A stretch of 64,000 bases of DNA, taken from Rhodomicrobium sp. (GTDB lineage: Bacteria > Pseudomonadota > Alphaproteobacteria > Rhizobiales > Rhodomicrobiaceae). The stretch is from positions 13,247 to 77,246 of the forward strand of contig JANNOQ010000095.1 of assembly GCA_031399085.1 (NCBI GenBank), read 5' to 3'. The translations under genes were made by a program, and so were the position numbers. The stretch's first letter is position 1, and each line of letters starts with the position of its first letter. The notes beneath the pieces are model-generated. The model saw nothing but the letters and a program-made list of their open reading frames with translations. It did no database searches and was not told the DNA's origin. Positions 1-8,628 of this stretch are shown here, piece after piece.

Positions 1-196
1 GATCTTCTTTCATAAGCTTTGATGGCGGATTCGAGTTTCGCTTGCGGGTTAGCGTGGTGATGATGTGGGGATCAGCCATGCTAAAAAATGGCTTTAGAGT
101 TGGATCTGCTACATGAATCTTAGTGCTCTTGCTACCTAATGCCGCAAACTCCCAGCCCGACCAACCAATAAGCGTTATTGGATCATGCAGAGCCAT
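1..196 (-). CDS. hypothetical protein, partial (C-terminal part lies outside the window)
   Basis: Hand translation of the minus strand from ATG at 196 gives MALHDPITLIGWSGWEFAALGSKSTKIHVADPTLKPFFSMADPHIITTLTRKRNSNPPSKLMKED..., open to position 1. The frame stays open upstream to 292, with alternative GTG (250) and TTG (274) starts. I recognise no family. It lies in low-GC DNA directly downstream of the tRNA-Ser 3' end. Confidence 0.3.
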   Translation of the reverse strand, partial: MALHDPITLIGWSGWEFAALGSKSTKIHVADPTLKPFFSMADPHIITTLTRKRNSNPPSKLMKED

Positions 197-384
197 CCTA
201 TACCGTCGGCCACATTCGAGGTCGTGAGCTGGTCGATTTAGTGGCGGCACCGGATCTTGAGGGAATTGATGCAATTTGGCAGTCCAAATCAGTCACTCGT
301 CCGAGATAGAATGTGGTAGGGATTGTGGGGTAAAAAGAATTGCAATCTGATAATCAAGTTTTTTCAACTATTTGATAACATAAA

Positions 385-474
385 TGGCGGATAGGGTGGG
401 ATTCGAACCCACGAGACGGTTGCCCGTCTGCCGGTTTTCAAGACCGGTGCCTTCAACCGCTCGGCCACCCATCC
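385..474 (-). tRNA. tRNA-Ser (anticodon UGA)
   Basis: The reverse complement reads GGATGGGTGGCCGAGCGGTTGAAGGCACCGGTCTTGAAAACCGGCAGACGGGCAACCGTCTCGTGGGTTCGAATCCCACCCTATCCGCCA. It has a 7-bp acceptor stem (one G-U), a 5-bp anticodon stem with loop CTTGAAA (anticodon TGA), a long variable arm typical of Ser, a GTTCGAATC T-loop and an encoded CCA. The + ORF 384..566 lying over it is spurious. Confidence 0.95.
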
Positions 475-696
475 ATTCTCGCCGCATGCTTATACCATCG
501 GCCACGCGGAGCGCATGCCTTATTTTCACCTTGTTTTATGGGCAATTAGCCACCACTTCTAGTTGAGCGCTGCACATGATCGGGAGAGACCTCCTATCCT
601 GGCTCACTAGGAAATCGGGGAAAAAGCAGCGCCCGATTTCGGCCCAGTTTGCGCTGCAGAAACACTGTTGCGCGACATATCTCATAAAGGGTGACA

Positions 697-1089
697 ATGA
701 GAAAGAGCGTGTTTGTAGCAGCGTTTTTGCTGCTGAATGGTTCAGCGTTGGCTGCGGAAAATCCAAAACTGCTTACGGGCAGAGAGCTTCAAAAGGCGGT
801 CAGCGGTAAGACCGTTTATCTCAAGACCCCTGTCGGTGCAGAAGTCCCGGTTCGCTATCGTCCGAATGGCACGATGGCCGGCGTAAGCAGCGCAAGCTTG
901 GCCGCTTTGGCTGGTGAGCAGGTCAGTGCCGACACCGGCCGCTGGTGGGTTCGCAGAGCCGAGCTTTGTCAGCAGTGGAACAGTTGGTCGAACGGCCGGA
1001 CGCTCTGCTACAAATTGCGCGTGTCAGGACGCCAGGTCGCGTGGAGCCGCAATGATGGCGAAACCGGCGCGGCGCGGCTGGGTAATTAG
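697..1089 (+). CDS. small secreted hypothetical protein (possibly DUF995-like)
   Basis: Lies in ORF 691..1089. ATG 697 is preceded by AAAGGG. It has a signal peptide, MRKSVFVAAFLLLNGSALAAE. The pattern LTGRELQKAVSGKTVYL...GRWWV...LCQQW...LCYKL resembles small periplasmic alphaproteobacterial proteins. The family assignment is uncertain. Confidence 0.6.
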   Translation: MRKSVFVAAFLLLNGSALAAENPKLLTGRELQKAVSGKTVYLKTPVGAEVPVRYRPNGTMAGVSSASLAALAGEQVSADTGRWWVRRAELCQQWNSWSNGRTLCYKLRVSGRQVAWSRNDGETGAARLGN

Positions 1090-1763
1090 CCCCCGCTCGT
1101 CTTCGGACCGAGCGGCTCGCGCGACACCGCGTGATCGTTCCCAAAAAGCTGTTCAACATGACGCTTCATAAGCTCGGCAAGGCGCTTTCCCTGCCGAGCC
1201 TCTAGTCTCGCGATCATTTCTTCGTGGTCGGCCAGGGCCTGTTCGCGTTTTTCCTGAGAAAAATCCGGTTTAAAGCGCGTACGGCCGACACGAAAGAACA
1301 AAGTGTCATATATCGCCGCGAGCAGCGGATTGCGTGCCGCCGCGACGATGCTCACGTGGATTTCCTTGTTCAGTGCGAGGTAGGCCTTAAAATTGCCCGC
1401 CCTGTAATCGGCAATCATCTTTGCGTTCAACGCTTTGATGGTGACGATTTCCGCATCGGTTATGCTTTCGCAGGCAAGCTCTCCCGACAACGCTTCGAGC
1501 TCCGCCGAGATCGGCACGCATTCTTCCAGCTCATCGGGGCCTATTTCGGCGATCATGGCGCCTCGATTGGGCGCAAGTTGCACGAGGCCCTCCGCCGCTA
1601 GCACCTTCAGCGCTTCGCGAAGCGGCGTGCGTGATACCTCAAACCGATCGCAAAGCTGCCGTTCGGGGATCTTTTCGCCCGGCAGGAATGCGCCAGCGAC
1701 GATCATCTGCCGCAAGCGTCCAAGAAGTTCATCATGCAAAGAGTTTTGGGCAATAGACTGCAT
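1086..1763 (-). CDS. GntR family transcriptional regulator (FadR/FCD subfamily)
   Basis: Lies in ORF 1086..1850; the likely start is ATG 1763 (MQSIAQNSL...). It has an N-terminal GntR wHTH (ERQLCDRFEVSRTPLREALKVLAAEGLV) and an all-helical C-terminal FCD-type domain. It starts 13 nt after the stop of the upstream oxidase gene on the same strand. Confidence 0.9.
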   Translation of the reverse strand: MQSIAQNSLHDELLGRLRQMIVAGAFLPGEKIPERQLCDRFEVSRTPLREALKVLAAEGLVQLAPNRGAMIAEIGPDELEECVPISAELEALSGELACESITDAEIVTIKALNAKMIADYRAGNFKAYLALNKEIHVSIVAAARNPLLAAIYDTLFFRVGRTRFKPDFSQEKREQALADHEEMIARLEARQGKRLAELMKRHVEQLFGNDHAVSREPLGPKTSGG

Positions 1764-1776
1764 TTTTAGCTGTCCT

Positions 1777-4719
1777 CTATCTGAAATAGGCCCGGCGTAA
1801 ACGGGACAGCCGCCTGGCCATCTTGGCATCTTTTTCGAGATCGGCAGCATCGACAGCCCCGAATTTTTCTTTCGCCGCCAGCGCCAGTTTCAGCAGCACC
1901 GCGGTATGGCGTGCCGTGCGGCCGGTCCCGTCCATAATTTGCCGGCGGCAGGCAAAACCGTCCGCGACGAGGAGCGTGTCGGCCCCAGTGCGACGGATTT
2001 GCGGGAACAACGAGAGTTCCCCCATGCGAAGCGAGGCGGCAACCGTATCGCGCTTATAGCCAAAGGATGTGCCCATCCCGCAACAAGTCTTCTCAGCCTC
2101 TATCACAGTCATACCAGGCACCATTGCGGCAACTTGGCGAGCGATTGGCGCAGTTGCAAAGGCATTTTGATGACAATGAGCAGAAATAAGCGCTTCGGCT
2201 TCGATCCTGAGCAAATGTGGCTTGATGGCCTTTGCCGCTGCCGGCTGAATCATCACCTCCTCGAACAATAGACTGCTCGCGGCCAAATCCTCCGCCCCCT
2301 GTTCACCAAGCGTATTCAAAAACTCATCTCGGATCGTGAGAATGCAGGCCGGCTCCATCCCGACCAGGGGAACGCCGCGCGCCGTGAATGGCGCCGCGCC
2401 CGCGATCAGCCTGCGGGCTTCGGCGCGGGCTTCCTCGATTAAACCCGTTTCCAGAAAGGTTCGGCCGCAGCAAAAAGGGCGCTCACCCGGCGCCGGCGCG
2501 AGAAGATTGAGCCGGAAACCGCTGGCGTTCAGCACGTCCGCGGCCGCTCGCAGAGTTCCTGCGTCGAAATAATTGTTGAAGGTGTCGGCAAACAGGAGAA
2601 GTTCGGGACCGCCGTCAGGCCCCATTGGCTCGTCCGAGGCGAACGGCGCCGACGTCCATCGCGGCCAGGGACGATCCCCGCTAAGGCCGGTCACGGACTC
2701 GGAAAGCTTCGCCGTCCAGGGCAGTAGATCCCGAAGATTGAGGAGATGCCGCCAAGGGCGCATCCGGGGCGCGTAATGCGGTAGAAACGCCGCTGACCTG
2801 TCCGCTCGGGAAAGCCCGTTTTTCTGCACCAGTGCGCTCCGCACGGCGATCCTGGCCTGCGGGATGTCGACGGCGCGCGGACATTCCGCGCGGCAAGCCT
2901 TGCAGGATACGCATAGCGCCATGGTTTCGGCCATGTCCTCCGACGCCAGCGCGTCCGCGCCAAGCTCGCCGGTCAGCGCCATTCGAAACGTGTTGGCGCG
3001 CCCTCGCGGGCTGTCACGCTCATCGCGCGTCATGCGGAATGACGGGCACATGACGCCGCCTTCGAGGCGCCGGCATAGCGCCGTGCCGTCGCAGGCTAAC
3101 GCGGCAAAGGCTATAGCGGCCTCCGGCGGCGGCTCGCCACGCGACAGAACCGGACCAGGCTCCGTCGCAATGACAATCTTGCCCGGATTGAGCCTGCCGC
3201 CCGGATCGAAACGCGTCTTGATCGCCTCGAATAAAGCGGTCAGGCTTGGATCCCTGGCTTTTTCCTGTTGAAAGGACCGCGCGATGCCCTGGCCCTCGGC
3301 GCAGGCAAGCTGTCCCGCGAACTCCGTAAAAAGCGCGGAAATTTCCTCCGCCACCGCCGCGCTGCCGGGATGCGCTTCGCGGCTGCGCAACCACGGACGC
3401 AGGCGGAGCGACCCAGCGCCAGCGTGGCCGTGCCAAATCGCATCCAGCCCATGCCGTGCCAGGATCGCGGCGACGCCTTCCGCCGCGCTGGCAAGGCTCT
3501 GAAGCGGCAGCGCGAATTCCTGAATGGGCGCGAGCGTCGGCGGCAGCCGCGTCATGCCGTAAAGCCGCGCCAGCCCTTGACTGCGGACACGCTGCGTCGC
3601 CTCTTGGACGGCAGCTCCGAGAACTTCGCTGACGGCCCTGGCATGGCCGAGCCCATGGATTTGATCCGCCAGCTCCTTGAGCTTGCGCGCATTGGCGACG
3701 CGGTTGCCGTCCATGAACTCGACGAACAAAAGCGCCTCCGCCTGGTGGCGCAGCGCCCGGCGCGCCGGATCGGCGCTGTCGCAACCGGCAAGTCCCAGCT
3801 CAATAATGCGCCGGTCGACAAGTTCGATACCTGCGGGTTCGAGCGCGGCGATCGCCGGCACCGCTCGAAGCGCGTGGATCAGGCTGGGAAAACTGCAGAC
3901 GCCCAAGGCTCGGCCGCGCGGGCGTCTCGCCAATTTCAGCTCGATGCGCTTGGCAATCGCCAGCGTGCCTTCCGATCCGGCGAGAAACGCAGCCAGGTTT
4001 TGCGGTCCGTTGCCAGGCAGCAGAGCCCGAACATTGTAGCCGTGGACGGAGCCAAGCAGGTTTGGCAACGCCCGGATCGCCATTTCCCCGCCCTCGGCGG
4101 CCTCAAGCAAGTCGAGAATGAGCGTTTCCGCCTCGCTCCCACCGCCGTCGTGGCCGAAATTGTCCGGAATTTCACCGAAACTGATTTCCGCGCCGTTGGC
4201 GAGCACGGCGTCCAGCGCCACGACATTGTCCCGCATCCGGCCATATCGCAACACTCTTGCTCCGATCGCGTCGGTGGCCGTCATCCCGCCGATTGTGGCG
4301 GTCGCCGCCGAGCCGATCTCGACGGGAAACCAGACGCGCTCCGGCCGCAGCGCCTCGTTCAAGGCGGCCGGGGAAATCCCGGGCTCGACGATACAAGTCT
4401 GCGCATTCGCGTCGTAATACAAAAGCCGGGTGACATATTTCGAAAGGTCGATGACGAGCCCTTCGCCCACGGCCTGTCCCGAGCGCCCTGTACCCCCTCC
4501 GCGTGCAATGACGGGGATGCCGGCTTCCCAGGCTGTCCTGACAGCCGCGACGATGTCCTGCTGGGTTTTGGGCAGGACAATGCCGGCGGGGAATGCTTGG
4601 TAGGGTGAGGCATCCGTGGCGTAGCGGGCGCGGTTGAAAGGGTCAAATAACAGATCGCCCTCGATGTCCCGGCGCAAGCGGCCGGCCAGCGCCGAACGGG
4701 CCCTCGCGGAAAGTGTCAT
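1777..4719 (-). CDS. FAD-binding and (Fe-S)-binding oxidoreductase (GlcD-GlcF fusion / YdiJ-like 2-hydroxyacid dehydrogenase)
   Basis: 980 aa. The N-terminal part is a FAD/PCMH domain (ARGGGTGRSGQAVGEG). A ferredoxin-type cluster motif follows (CVSCKACRAECP). Two C-terminal CCG-type Cys motifs are present (PFCCGRTF, KTCCGMGTSFG). The size and architecture resemble E. coli YdiJ. Confidence 0.85.
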   Translation of the reverse strand: MTLSARARSALAGRLRRDIEGDLLFDPFNRARYATDASPYQAFPAGIVLPKTQQDIVAAVRTAWEAGIPVIARGGGTGRSGQAVGEGLVIDLSKYVTRLLYYDANAQTCIVEPGISPAALNEALRPERVWFPVEIGSAATATIGGMTATDAIGARVLRYGRMRDNVVALDAVLANGAEISFGEIPDNFGHDGGGSEAETLILDLLEAAEGGEMAIRALPNLLGSVHGYNVRALLPGNGPQNLAAFLAGSEGTLAIAKRIELKLARRPRGRALGVCSFPSLIHALRAVPAIAALEPAGIELVDRRIIELGLAGCDSADPARRALRHQAEALLFVEFMDGNRVANARKLKELADQIHGLGHARAVSEVLGAAVQEATQRVRSQGLARLYGMTRLPPTLAPIQEFALPLQSLASAAEGVAAILARHGLDAIWHGHAGAGSLRLRPWLRSREAHPGSAAVAEEISALFTEFAGQLACAEGQGIARSFQQEKARDPSLTALFEAIKTRFDPGGRLNPGKIVIATEPGPVLSRGEPPPEAAIAFAALACDGTALCRRLEGGVMCPSFRMTRDERDSPRGRANTFRMALTGELGADALASEDMAETMALCVSCKACRAECPRAVDIPQARIAVRSALVQKNGLSRADRSAAFLPHYAPRMRPWRHLLNLRDLLPWTAKLSESVTGLSGDRPWPRWTSAPFASDEPMGPDGGPELLLFADTFNNYFDAGTLRAAADVLNASGFRLNLLAPAPGERPFCCGRTFLETGLIEEARAEARRLIAGAAPFTARGVPLVGMEPACILTIRDEFLNTLGEQGAEDLAASSLLFEEVMIQPAAAKAIKPHLLRIEAEALISAHCHQNAFATAPIARQVAAMVPGMTVIEAEKTCCGMGTSFGYKRDTVAASLRMGELSLFPQIRRTGADTLLVADGFACRRQIMDGTGRTARHTAVLLKLALAAKEKFGAVDAADLEKDAKMARRLSRLRRAYFR

Positions 4720-5046
4720 TCACCTTTCTTATGCCCCTCGATTTATTTCAGGCAACAGATATTCTTTCTCCCCTGTGCAAGATTTCGGCGGGCTCAGCCG
4801 CCCGACAAGGGAACCGTAATGCAATATTCCAGCTCAATGATCTGTTACTCAAGGCATTGATACGAAATAAGAAGTGCGGAAGAACACAATAATCTTAGTA
4901 CCGGTTCATACGGACACTACCTATGTATCCGTATTTTACGCTTTGACATGTTGCTAGGGCTTGAACTGTAGCTGCTAAATAATCTATAGAGACATATGCA
5001 GTTTTGAGAATTGATCGCGAGAAAGTTTTGAATTCTCATGATTTTT

Positions 5047-5065
5047 GTCACCAGTTGGTGACCAA
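5047..5065. promoter_or_regulatory. overlapping palindromes GTCACCA-GT-TGGTGAC / TTGGT-G-ACCAA (candidate GntR/FCD-type operator)
   Basis: Read directly from the sequence: gtcaccagttggtgaccaa. The site is 14 bp upstream of the probable HK start (5079) and inside the AT-rich divergent region 4720-5078. The TGGT..ACCA core is the half-site type used by FadR/PdhR/LldR-like GntR regulators, although the spacer here is shorter. Confidence 0.3.
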
Positions 5066-5078
5066 CCAAAGAACTTCG

Positions 5079-6323
5079 ATGACATTGAGCGGGAATAACA
5101 GTTCGGCGTCAGCCAATACAGATAAGGCAGGCAGGTCCTGTGCCGATTTTGTCCAAATTTCCAGCAGGAAGAATGTGAGACCACATACGATAAGCTCAAA
5201 TCGCCAGCCCTCGCGCAATGGTGAAGAGGGCGCATTGCGCGCTTTCCTTAGCGCTGCGTCTGACGCAATTGTCATCACAAGCTCAAGCGGAACCATCGAC
5301 TTTCTGAACACTTCCGCCGAAGTTTTGTTTGGCTACCACGAGAGCGAACTGATGGGTACGAACGCTGCTCAGTTGCTTGAACCCCGCAAGCATCTTCCGA
5401 CAGCATCCGTCACCCAAATCTCCCAGGACCAGGCAAGCCGGCAGCCACTCTTTGAAAACGGCCCCGCCATAGGCCGCAAGAAAAACGGAGAACGGTTTCC
5501 GCTTGAAATCGTCGCAGGCGAGGGCGCGCTCGATGGCGTCCGGGTAGCGATTTATCAGTTTCGCGATGTTTCCGCGCACTTCCGGCAGGACCAGCGCATC
5601 GCGGAGTTAGAGCGCGAAATCGCGCATCTGTCTCGCCACAGCGTGCTCGGCGAACTGGCGACAATGATCACGCATGAGCTCAGTCAGCCCTTGACCGCCA
5701 TTACGAACTATACCGCCGCAGCCAGCCGTTGCTGCTCCGAGCCCGCCAATGACGATCAGGACAATTGCGTTTCGCTGATCTCGAAAGCGGGCGAGCAGGC
5801 CAAGCGTGCTTGGCTCATCATGCATCGGCTCCGGCAGCTTCTTCAACACCGGGGCGCAGAACGCGCCCTTGGCGATTTGCGTCTGGCAGTCGACGAAGCC
5901 GTGCAACTCGCGACGATGGGTGCCGGCCAACTGGGGATTGCTGTAAGCGTTGAGCTTCCGCGCGAGCCAGTGCCGGTACTAATGGACCGGGTGCAGATCC
6001 AGGTTTTAATTGCGAATTTGATACGCAACGCGATCGACGAGCTGAGCGCTTCGGAAGGCGAGCGGAAGGTCTGGATCAGGCTGAAGGTCAATGCGGAAAA
6101 TTTCGCCGAATTTTCCGTCGGAGACACCGGCAACGGCATCTCCACGGAGGTGTTTGAGACCATATTCGACCCTTTCCGGACCACCAAGCCGGAAGGTCTC
6201 GGCGTCGGTCTGGCTGTTTCCCGGCGCATCGCTCAGGCGCATGGCGGGCGTCTGGGCGCTAGCAATCGCCCAGAGGGAGGCGCGGTGTTCAGTTTCTTAA
6301 TCCCGGCAAGTATGAGTGAGTAG
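5079..6323 (+). CDS. soluble PAS-domain sensor histidine kinase (FixL-like)
   Basis: Lies in ORF 5004..6323; the start is probably ATG 5079 (MTLSGNN...), because the upstream part is AT-rich promoter-like DNA. The PAS region is SDAIVITSSSGTIDFLNTSAEVLFGYHESELMGTNAAQLL...GRKKNGERFPLEI. The H-box is ITHELSQPLTAITNY. ATPase motifs are NLIRNAIDE, DTGNGIS and GLGVGLAVSRRIAQAHGG. No transmembrane segment is present. Confidence 0.85.
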   Translation: MTLSGNNSSASANTDKAGRSCADFVQISSRKNVRPHTISSNRQPSRNGEEGALRAFLSAASDAIVITSSSGTIDFLNTSAEVLFGYHESELMGTNAAQLLEPRKHLPTASVTQISQDQASRQPLFENGPAIGRKKNGERFPLEIVAGEGALDGVRVAIYQFRDVSAHFRQDQRIAELEREIAHLSRHSVLGELATMITHELSQPLTAITNYTAAASRCCSEPANDDQDNCVSLISKAGEQAKRAWLIMHRLRQLLQHRGAERALGDLRLAVDEAVQLATMGAGQLGIAVSVELPREPVPVLMDRVQIQVLIANLIRNAIDELSASEGERKVWIRLKVNAENFAEFSVGDTGNGISTEVFETIFDPFRTTKPEGLGVGLAVSRRIAQAHGGRLGASNRPEGGAVFSFLIPASMSE

Positions 6324-6328
6324 GTGTA

Positions 6329-6964
6329 ATGAACAAATCTTTGCTTGTACAGATTTTGGACGATGACGACGCGGTCCGGGACTCTTTATCCATCCTGTTG
6401 CGAGGTGCTGGTTTCGCCGTGCGGACCCACGGCTGCGCCAAAACATTCTTTGAAGAATACCGTTCCGATGAGACCGGCTGCGTGCTGATCGATATGAGGA
6501 TGCCTGACGCCACAGGTTCTGAAGTGCAAGAGCGCATTGGCCGCATGGACAATGACAAGGTGCCCATCATCATCATCACGGGGCATGGGAATATCCGAAT
6601 GGCGGTGAATGCGATGAAGCGCGGCGCCATCGACTTTCTGGAAAAGCCGGTCGATCCGCAGACCCTGGTGGACTATGTAGACAAGGCGGTCAAGCGGCGC
6701 GAATATGAGCTCCGCGAGCAGGGCAAGGCCAATGAGGCGCAAGCCAAGCTTGGCGTCCTCACCCCGCGCGAGCGCGACGTGCTGAAGCATCTCATTGCCG
6801 GCCGACCCAACAAAATCATTGCCCGGGAACTCGGCCTCAGCCCCCGGACGGTCGAAATTCACCGCGCCCGCGTGATGGAAAAGACTGGCGCGGGAAGCTT
6901 GCCGCGTCTTGTGCGCATGGCGCTTGCGGCTGGACTCGATCCGGAAAACGCACTACCGGCCTAG
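6329..6964 (+). CDS. response regulator, REC + LuxR-type HTH (FixJ family)
   Basis: 211 aa. The receiver domain shows DDDDAVRDSL...VLIDMRMPDATG...IIITGHG. The C-terminal HTH is LTPRERDVLKHLIAGRPNKIIARELGLSPRTVEIHRARVMEK. It starts 5 nt after the HK stop. Confidence 0.9.
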   Translation: MNKSLLVQILDDDDAVRDSLSILLRGAGFAVRTHGCAKTFFEEYRSDETGCVLIDMRMPDATGSEVQERIGRMDNDKVPIIIITGHGNIRMAVNAMKRGAIDFLEKPVDPQTLVDYVDKAVKRREYELREQGKANEAQAKLGVLTPRERDVLKHLIAGRPNKIIARELGLSPRTVEIHRARVMEKTGAGSLPRLVRMALAAGLDPENALPA

Positions 6965-7333
6965 CGGCCCATTAAACGTGGCCCGAGCGCGCAAGGCGGT
7001 CACGGCTTGGCAGGACCCCGATCGTGGCGCGTCTGGCTCGCAATGACGAGCCGGTGGGCCACCTTGGATCCTCCCAGGGAAAGCGCGCTGGAACGTTGGT
7101 TAACCGAATTCTAAGCATCTCTCCTTAAGGTTGAAAATTCGCAAGCTTACAGCTTATGCGAGCGTTCTGCCTTCGCCTTACCGATCCCATCGGGGGCGCA
7201 ATGGATGGGTTTGCCTATCGTGTTTGTCCCTCAGCCCGGCCCTGCCCGGCTTATCCTAACGCGTTATTCAGGCAAGGGCCTCCCGGTCTGTCGCGCAACG
7301 ATACGGCGCGACGAGAAGATCCTGCTGCGTTGC

Positions 7334-8491
7334 GTGCGCCATGCCGGACGCGTTATCGTACTGCTAGCGGGCGCGGTGCTTTTGTTGGCCTGCGGCGGCG
7401 GCCCTGGACGCAATGAAAGCGCAAGGCTAGGCCCCCGGATCGTCGAGTTGGGTCAGCCGGTGCCGAAAGGAGGCGGCCGCTATAAGCTGGGCTCGCCGTA
7501 TCGGCTGAACGGCCAGCTTTACACTCCAGCGGAGGTCGACCGCTATGACCGGACGGGCATCGCGTCCTGGTATGGCGAGCTTTTTCACGGCAGACGCACC
7601 GCAAATGGCGAAATCTACGACATGGAGGCGCTGACCGCGGCCCACCCCACCTTGCCGCTCCCGTCCTATGCGAGAGTGACGAATTTGGGCAATGGCCGCT
7701 CGCTGGTCGTCCGCATCAACGATCGCGGACCTTACGCTCATGGACGAATTATCGACCTTTCGTGGAGCGTGGCCTCGCTCCTGCAGATGAGCGGGGTCGG
7801 CACCGCTCCTGTGCGCGTCCAATATCTCGGCCCCGCGCCGCTCGGCGGCGGCGACCGCCACGAGCGCGAGGTCCTTGCCGCACAAAGCTGGGCAGGGCCG
7901 CGGGTCGCCTTTGCCGCCTCCCCCGCAAAGGCGATGCGATCGCGGCAGGCGTCCAACAGCTATCGCTATTCGGCGGCGCCGTTGAGCGCGAGCGGCGCGA
8001 TTACGTCCGTCATCCCCGGACCAATGCAACCCGCAAAAGCTGCCAAATTCAGTGCCGCGCCGCCGGTGCGCCACGCGGGGGTTGCAAAGACCGAAGGCCT
8101 TGCGGCAGCGCAAACCCAGGCCGGCATTCAACCCGCCGCCGATATCGACTCTCAACCGGCCAGCTTCTTTGCATCCTCGTTGCCCAACGCAAGGGACTCA
8201 GCAGAACCTGAACCGTCCCCGCCCCCAACAATTGCACCCGCCGCTACCCAACTGGTTGGGCGCAGTTACATCGAGGCGGGTCTTTTCCAAAGAAAAGCCA
8301 CAGCCGAACGGCTTGCCTCGGTTCTTGCCGAAATCGCCCCGGCGTCGATCCAGCCTATCTTGCTCGGCGATCGCGCCATTCATCGCCTGCGGCTTGGCCC
8401 ATTTGCGGGTGACGATGCAGCCAAGGCCGCCGTCGACCGAATTCGCGCGGCGGGCCTGACCGAGGCGCGGCTTGAAAGTCCGGATGGATGA
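7334..8491 (+). CDS. rlpA: septal ring lytic transglycosylase RlpA family lipoprotein with C-terminal SPOR domain
   Basis: Lies in ORF 7205..8491. The DPBB core is GIASWYGELFHGRRTANGEIYDMEALTAAHPTLPLPSYARVTNLGNGRSLVVRINDRGPY. A Pro/Ala-rich linker follows. The SPOR-like end is YIEAGLFQRKATAERLASVL...HRLRLGPFAGDDAAKAAVDRIRAAG. A lipobox (VLLLAC) suggests the start at GTG 7334, but the start is uncertain. Confidence 0.85.
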   Translation: MRHAGRVIVLLAGAVLLLACGGGPGRNESARLGPRIVELGQPVPKGGGRYKLGSPYRLNGQLYTPAEVDRYDRTGIASWYGELFHGRRTANGEIYDMEALTAAHPTLPLPSYARVTNLGNGRSLVVRINDRGPYAHGRIIDLSWSVASLLQMSGVGTAPVRVQYLGPAPLGGGDRHEREVLAAQSWAGPRVAFAASPAKAMRSRQASNSYRYSAAPLSASGAITSVIPGPMQPAKAAKFSAAPPVRHAGVAKTEGLAAAQTQAGIQPAADIDSQPASFFASSLPNARDSAEPEPSPPPTIAPAATQLVGRSYIEAGLFQRKATAERLASVLAEIAPASIQPILLGDRAIHRLRLGPFAGDDAAKAAVDRIRAAGLTEARLESPDG

Positions 8492-8628
8492 CCGGCGGTA
8501 AGCCGCCGTACGCCGTACGCCGCACCGCCTCAAAGCCGCGATCCGTTTGCGCATTGATTTTTGCCTCATGCCAGCCGATAGTGCGCTCGACTCGCCTGAC
8601 CCCTGCGATCGACTTTTCTTGACCTGCG

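Noticed and set aside
384-566. 60-aa + ORF (MADRVGFEPTRRL...).
   Set aside because: It is the translation of the tRNA-Ser gene complement. The GFEPT sequence is the signature of reading through a T-arm.
7205-7333. Upstream 43 codons of the RlpA ORF.
   Set aside because: The lipoprotein signal peptide (VLLLAC lipobox) begins near GTG 7334, and the upstream part has no function-like sequence. The start remains uncertain, so this rejection carries low confidence.
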